A DNA stretch of 64,000 nucleotides from Octopus vulgaris (lineage: Eukaryota), in contig OX597816.1 in NCBI GenBank assembly GCA_951406725.2, positions 28,458,001 through 28,522,000 on the forward strand. The letters are read 5' to 3'. The first letter of the stretch is position 1. Every line of letters begins with the position of its first letter. Shown here in pieces: positions 56,074-64,000 of the stretch. The position numbers and the translations under genes were made by a program. A model generated the notes under the pieces. It saw only the letters and a program-made list of their open reading frames with translations, was not told the origin of the DNA and did no database searches.

Positions 56074-56378
56074 GCATATCTCACCGACTTTATTCAGAGG
56101 TATTGTAGAGTGTGTTTATAAGCCTCAGACCCCGTTCGGTCACGACAAAGACCATGGGATTGCACCTAGAAAGTTACCCTCCCAGGCACAAGTCCGGGTA
56201 AGGTTGTTTATGGGAGACCTGCAGTCACCCATGCATACCGGCCTCCCCTCTCCACGCCACCAGTGTTATCCAAGAGAAAGGCAAAGGGACCGATACAGCT
56301 TGGCACCTGTGACGTCAGAACTCATTTATACAGCTGAGTGAACTGGAGCAACGTGAAATAAAGTGTCTTGCTCAAGAA
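56074..56378 (-). mobile_element. SINE family D, headless, with (CATA)n tail
   Basis: Matches 52324-52629; tail-to-tail with the family A copy across (TATG)n. Confidence 0.85.
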
Positions 56379-57093
56379 TGTATGTATATACATGTGTGTG
56401 TATGTGCTTTTGTGAGTGTGTATACAAGCGAGCGCGTTTGTGTGTGTGTATGCGAGTGTGTTTGGGTGTGTCTACAAATCTGCTCTTACGTCTGTCGTTG
56501 CAGCGCTTTCTATGTCTGGGAAGAGCTACATATTTGAGTTGTATAACGAACATCTTTGTATACAGTAAGAAGAAAAAAACTGTTTGGATCTAGACGAACA
56601 CAATAAATCATCTTTTATTCTTTATTTTTAATTTTTGTTTTTTTTTCATTTATGCAATATAGTTTTCAATCTTAAAACTATGCTTTCATACATACTCGCA
56701 CTCACACAATTACATACGATATATATATATATATATATGGATGCTGCGTATGCAGTCGTGTACGTATCTGGCTTGTTCATCGATTCTGCAGCTGGTATTC
56801 TTGGCGACATCTCCTGATACAAGAACCTGATTATATATATTGCATTTCATTTGCCTGTATTTTTGTATTTGTCAGGCTGCTCTTTGCATTCTGACACTGG
56901 ATACATGTCATTATCTTCACTTATAAGGTATCACGTATAACAAGAGTTCGCGAATATATTTGTACACATGTACGTCTGTGACATCGACATATTTATGTAG
57001 ATGCGAGTATATGTACATACAAATGCAGAAAGACACACATGTATAAACATATTTACACATATGCCCATAGACACACACACACACAGATATTCA

Positions 57094-57135
<42 letters not shown>

Positions 57136-57425
57136 GGTATGTTTATATATATGTATATTTATATATATGTATATAAAATATATATAAGTATTCATGGATA
57201 CATATACGTATATATCTACTTTATATATCTCTCTCTATATATATGCATATGTACATATATATGAGTGTGTGTGTATGTGTGTGTGTGTATGTGTATATGT
57301 GTATATACAAATGTGGATATATATATATATGTATATATATATACATATATATATAAACATACCTATATATATGTATGTATATAAAACATATATATAATCA
57401 TTCATAGATACATATACATATCACT

Positions 57426-57525
<100 letters not shown>

Positions 57526-57875
57526 TTATACATATACATGTTTGTATTTGTAAGTTGTAAATACTAGTGGCATTACTCAAATTTAAAAGAGTTTTGTGTT
57601 AGAATCATTTAAAATATATATTTAAACATGTTGTTCAGTTTATTTATAGATTTTTCATGGAAATCAATAGATTAACGTTCATCTCAGGTGATTATCGTAA
57701 TATGAATTTGAAACCTCGATGATATTATCGGTTGTGAATTGAAACTGATATATGAGTGTGTGTATTCGCATAAAATATTAAACTCCTAACATATACACAC
57801 ATTAAATGCAAACACAATCTTTTATATGCACCTTTACGCAAATAAAATGATTAATTGAAAATTCATCTATAAATA

Positions 57876-57922
<47 letters not shown>

Positions 57923-57975
57923 CAAACAGATGTATAAATACATATGTTCATACATAATTACATAAATATATACAT

Positions 57976-58035
<60 letters not shown>

Positions 58036-60234
58036 TTATAAATATATATATATATATATATATATACACGCACATGCGCACACATGTACATGTGTTCCGG
58101 TGCCTGTAATCAATCTCACGCATATATCATAAACATTCGCTCATGCTCCACTGTACATCCACAGAGAGCTCTATGTGTGACTTTAGTAAACTTATCGCAA
58201 ATCTATATTCTGACGTAGACTCAGGAACGAACGAAGCTTCACACAACACAAATGTGCTGCGCTATCAGAGATACTGTTGCATGCAGTACAAATAACAACT
58301 AAGGTTCATTATAGTTATAAACCATTATTTAGCTCATATATCACTTCAAATTTTGGCGTATCCTTCTTAACGGTAAAATATAAATATTTCTTCCCAGAAA
58401 ATATTAAGCTGCTCATTACTGAAGAAAAACATCAATAAATAATGTGTTTTGCTGCCTCCATGGCTAGAATTACTCGGAAATGTCCGCAGCGCTCATTTGC
58501 TAAACCCTCTTCATCCCAGTCTAAAATATATGAGGTCATTTGCTTGCGAGTTTCTTTTGGAAGCATATGTGAAGATTTTACTGTGTGTTTTATGTTAATT
58601 CTCAACAAATTTTTACTTAGTGAGTGATAGCCTTGTCCTGTATTTTGGGTGTCGTTCTTTTTTTCGGGTAGATTTATAAATAGGTTCAGAGTTCACCGCA
58701 ATATAGGTCCCTTAATTGCACATTTGTAGCCCTGTTCATCATGGTTGTGTTTTGCGTCAGCTACGTGGCTGCATTTATTGTTTCTTTTGGGTCAAACTCT
58801 AGCGATTCGCAGTGGAAAACATTTTATGAAAATTATGGTGTTGCGATATTACTTAGTTTTCTTTTTAATATGTTCAATGTAGGAATATAAGCAATGCTGC
58901 CGATTAAAATTAAGAAGCAGTTTAAAACAGTTAAAACCAGTTTCATGTATTGATGCTTAATAATCTTTAACAGTTGTCCAAGTGTTGAGTTTCAAAATTC
59001 TTTTAAACTGTACGTCTAATTTGAATATATACCTTGTTTTACTCTCGACTGTATGTGATTGAGCCTGGTTAATAATCTAATGTCACAGATTCATCAAAAT
59101 AACTAGTAATACATATGTGTCTATGGAGCAGATAAGATCCTTACAGGTATGTTTTCATATTATCTTCGTCAAAATATTTCAGTTTCATTTCCACCTTTTC
59201 ACGAATGCCATGTTATGGTAATCTATATTCAAATATTTGCTAAATTCAGCATCACCTGGTTTTTGTATTATCCGCCCTCAGTCTTTCATTCCATTATTCA
59301 TGATGTAATTATTTATTTCCAATTATTGTATTTCTCGTGTTCACAATACATAATGCCTTTGCTAAATTCCTAGCTTCCTATCATATATACCTATATTTGA
59401 GTGTGTGTGTGTGCGCACACGGTCGCCAGTGCACCTCTGTGTATGTGTGTGTGTGTGAGGGTTTGTGAATGTCTATGTGTGCACGCAGGTTTGAATGTTA
59501 AATGAGATAAATTAGGTACTCAGTGATATGCCTTGTAGGAAAATATTCCAAAACTTTGTTTAATATTTGATATCTCCTGTGTCCATTAGTTCCGTTCCTG
59601 CTGATATTAACACTGACTACCTGTTGTGTGTTTGTTGTTGCCCATTTTTAATAACGAAATGTCTGTAAAACTGTAAAAATGGATAAAATTTTCACCTAAA
59701 TGTTATATAATTCTTTGCAATTACGCTGTCACCCGTCGTTTGTAGAGCATTTTCAATGTAATATTGTCTACATTATATAACTTTTGACTGTGATATGCAA
59801 AGTAATCTCTTCGTGCATTTGCCGGTTCATGGCAGATATATATTGCAAGCATTCCTCATCAGAATATTTGGTATATATATATTAATACCAATTAGGATAA
59901 CTATTTAAAAATAAACAGTAAATGATAAAGAATCGAGTGGCCGAAACGTCTAAGCATTTCATGAAATAACTTGACATAAATGATCCATGATTTGCTGTTA
60001 TTGTACACTTGATTCCATTCTTCCCGTTTGCATGATTCAATACATTAAAAAATAAACTATAGATTCAACGCATTTGGAGTTTTGGTTCATTCTCAATCAT
60101 TTAATATCTCAGAGGAGACTAAATATTGCGCATCTTAGTTTTATATATATGTAGCGTGCAGTGAATAAAAGGTCGTTTAAATTAAGCAAAAATGAAAATA
60201 ATACTGACATCTCATGTTAACAGATATAGTTCCC

Positions 60235-60690
60235 AAAATTACATTAAAATATTTTGAAATACTAAAAGAGTAAATTTGGTTAATTAAATCGCCTTTGGTT
60301 TCAACCGCGGCCTCCAGACGACTTCGGAGTCTCCTGTAACAATTTTGGATGATCTACGTGTTTAAGATGGTGAATTCTGCAATAATCATTGCCTCAAGTT
60401 CATCTGTGGTGTTACAAGGAGTTTTACTGGTTTCTCACTCCACTGCGCTCCACACATAATCTGCAATCTGGGGGAGGGGGGTAGACGGTCAGGTGTTAGA
60501 GGTAATGTGGTCGCAGAAATTGTCTGCGTTTGTGGAATGGTGTAGAGTCCTATTGCCACCCTCTTGATGCAGGGCATCACTACGTCCTACAGGAACTTGA
60601 GGTAGGGCTCAGTGTGAGGAGATGATCACTCCATATACCGTGATGTTGAATGGATATTTGACTTTTATCACTCTCAGTACATGTCCTCGG
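60235..60690 (-). mobile_element. Degenerate DD37D/maT transposase C-terminal remnant
   Basis: Minus strand VVMPCIKRVA, DNFCDHIT, DYVWSAVE, PCNTTDEL, RLRSRLEAAVETKGDLI. Confidence 0.6.
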
Positions 60691-61005
60691 ATTGAACTGG
60701 CCTCGGAACCCTATCAAATGTTCGTATTGGAGCTTCCGGTGCGAAGCCAAGCAGAACAGCATGTCACTTCCAAATTGCGTCATGGTGTAGTTTTTCTCAC
60801 AGACGTTGCTCAACTGACCATACTATATACTTTGTAGTCGAGAAATTAAAAAGCAAACGATGCGCATGAGCGAAGATAAGAATATAAAATGGCAACAATT
60901 TATCCATCGCACACTGTTTATATATATATATATATAACTAAGAAGCGCAACGTTTGGTTTGATCTGAGATATTAATTCATTGAGAAAGAACCACAACCCT
61001 AAATT

Positions 61006-61518
61006 GTAAAGGAGTATTTCACATTGAACTGTTAACATCTAATGCAACAATCAATGATCAAGGCTACTGTCAGCAATTAGAGCGTTTGAACCAAGGTTTG
61101 AAGAAAAAGGCACCCGCTTTAGTGAATCGAAAAGGAGAGATGTTTCATCAGGACAATGCGCGATCCTACACTGCAAAGATCACAGCACAGAAAACCGAAG
61201 AGCTTGGTTAGGAACAAATTCCTCAGCCACCTTATTCTCTCGACCTTGCTCCTTCAGACTACCATTTGCTTCGTAGTTTACAGAATCATTTAGGAGACAT
61301 AACTTTCGCAAGCCAGGAGAAGGTCGAAACTGACATTTTAGAGTTCTTCGCTTTGAAATCAAAATAGTTTTACATTGACGGGATTAAAAAGCTAGTTAAT
61401 AGATGGGAGGAAGTCATAGATAATCAGGGAAAGTACATTGATGATTAAATTTCAATTAAATATAATCTTTGATCACTTGTTTTCGTTACTGAAAATTTTG
61501 AGAGAATTTATGGGATGA

Positions 61519-61520
<2 letters not shown>
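61006..61520 (+). mobile_element. mariner (DD34D) transposase 3' remnant with probable right TIR
   Basis: YCQQLERL...FHQDNARSY...PPYSLDLAPSDYHLLRSLQNHL...RWEEVIDNQGKYIDD stop (61446-61448), with in-frame stops; ends at (TA)n. Confidence 0.85.
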
Positions 61521-61614
<94 letters not shown>

Positions 61615-61631
61615 TTGTATGTATGTACATT

Positions 61632-62025
61632 GGCGCAGGCGTGGCTAGGTGGAAATAAGTTTGCTTCCCAACCACATGATTCCGGGTTCAGTTCCAGTGC
61701 CTGGCAACTTGGGCAGGTGTCTTCTACTATAGCCTCGTGTCGAGTGGATTTGGTAGACGAACACTGAAAGAAGCCCGTCGTATATATATATAAATATATA
61801 TATTTATGCGTTTGTATGTCTGTCTTTGTGACAGACGTAGCTTGACAACTGTTGCTGGTGTGTTTATGTCTCCCTAACTTAGCGGTTCTGCAAAAGTGAT
61901 CAATAGTATAAGTACTAGGCTTACAAAGAATAAATCCTGAGGACGACTTTCTCGGCTGAAACCTTTTAAGGCATTGCTCCCGTGTGACCGCAGAAGAAAT
62001 GACTGAAACAAGTAGAAGAATAAAG
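61632..62025 (+). mobile_element. SINE family B, diverged
   Basis: Homologous to 42581-43020. Confidence 0.8.
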
Positions 62026-62032
62026 GAATATA

Positions 62033-63387
<1,355 letters not shown>

Positions 63388-63545
63388 CAGGGAGAATTCA
63401 CAAAAAAATCAAAAAACAAAAGACGAAGACAGGTGGTGTAGACAACAAACAGATGTATTAGTTTAACGCTCCGGAAGTGAAAAAGTCTTTAACGTTTCGA
63501 GCCTACGCTATTCTAGAGAAAGAAACACAGAAAGGAACGAGAGAG
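63388..63545 (-). mobile_element. Family H2 repeat with degenerate hammerhead-like motif at 63487-63522
   Basis: Minus strand CUUU CUCUAGA A UAGC GUAG GCUC GAA ACGU U AAAG; 3' end at (TA)n. Confidence 0.55.
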
Positions 63546-63571
63546 ATGGCATTCAATCATATAATAATAAC

Positions 63572-63648
<77 letters not shown>

Positions 63649-63655
63649 TAATAAT

Positions 63656-64000
63656 CAGGAGTGGCTGTGTGGTAAGCAGCTTGCTTACCAACCACATGGT
63701 TCCGGGTTCAGTCCCACTGCGTGGCATCTTGGGCAAGTGTCTTCTGCTATAGCCCCGGGCCGATCAGTGCCTTGTGAGTGGATTTGGTAGACGGAAACTG
63801 AAAGAAGCATGTCGTATATATGTGTATGTGTGTGTTTGTGTGTCTGTGTTTGTCCCCCTAGCATTGCATGACAACCGATGCTGGTGTGTTTACGTCCCCG
63901 TCACTTAGCGGTTCGGCAAAAGAGACCGATTGAATAAGTACTGGGCTTACTAAGAATAAGTGCCGGGGTCGAGTTGCTCGACTAAAGGCGGTGCTCCAGC
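63656..64000 (+). mobile_element. SINE family B, cut by the window end
   Basis: caggagtggctgtgtggtaag head, cttgggcaagtgtcttct CORE-like segment. Confidence 0.88.

Noticed and set aside
59920-59960. ccgaaacgtc hammerhead half-motif
   Set aside because: No convincing CUGANGA-type half or stems upstream

Overview
AT-rich, microsatellite-dense animal genomic DNA with no recognisable host protein-coding exon. The SINE families and simple-repeat content suggest an octopus-like cephalopod, but that is an inference. The window is a mosaic of mobile-element debris. It contains R4/Dong-type RLE LINE fragments and three copies of a ~555-bp non-coding unit nested in (TAA)n arrays (0.2-6.6 kb), a 5'-truncated L1/Tx1-type LINE with a 526-codon open RT/zinc-knuckle frame inserted in (TCTA)n, several tRNA-head SINE families, two 8-bp-TSD MITEs, a Helentron-type HINE, mariner and DD37D/maT remnants, an RTE-like RT fragment, a gag-like CCHC ORF remnant and a 3-kb 36-bp minisatellite. 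The most striking signal is a set of about a dozen hammerhead-ribozyme-like motifs in short repeats that mostly abut (TA)n tracts, probably Penelope-type terminal repeats or retrozyme-like elements. They show three pairings at core positions 3:8 (C-G, G-C, U-A), mostly palindromic minimal stem III, and recurring non-canonical stem II junctions. All structures were read by eye; no database search or folding program was run, and most element boundaries are approximate.
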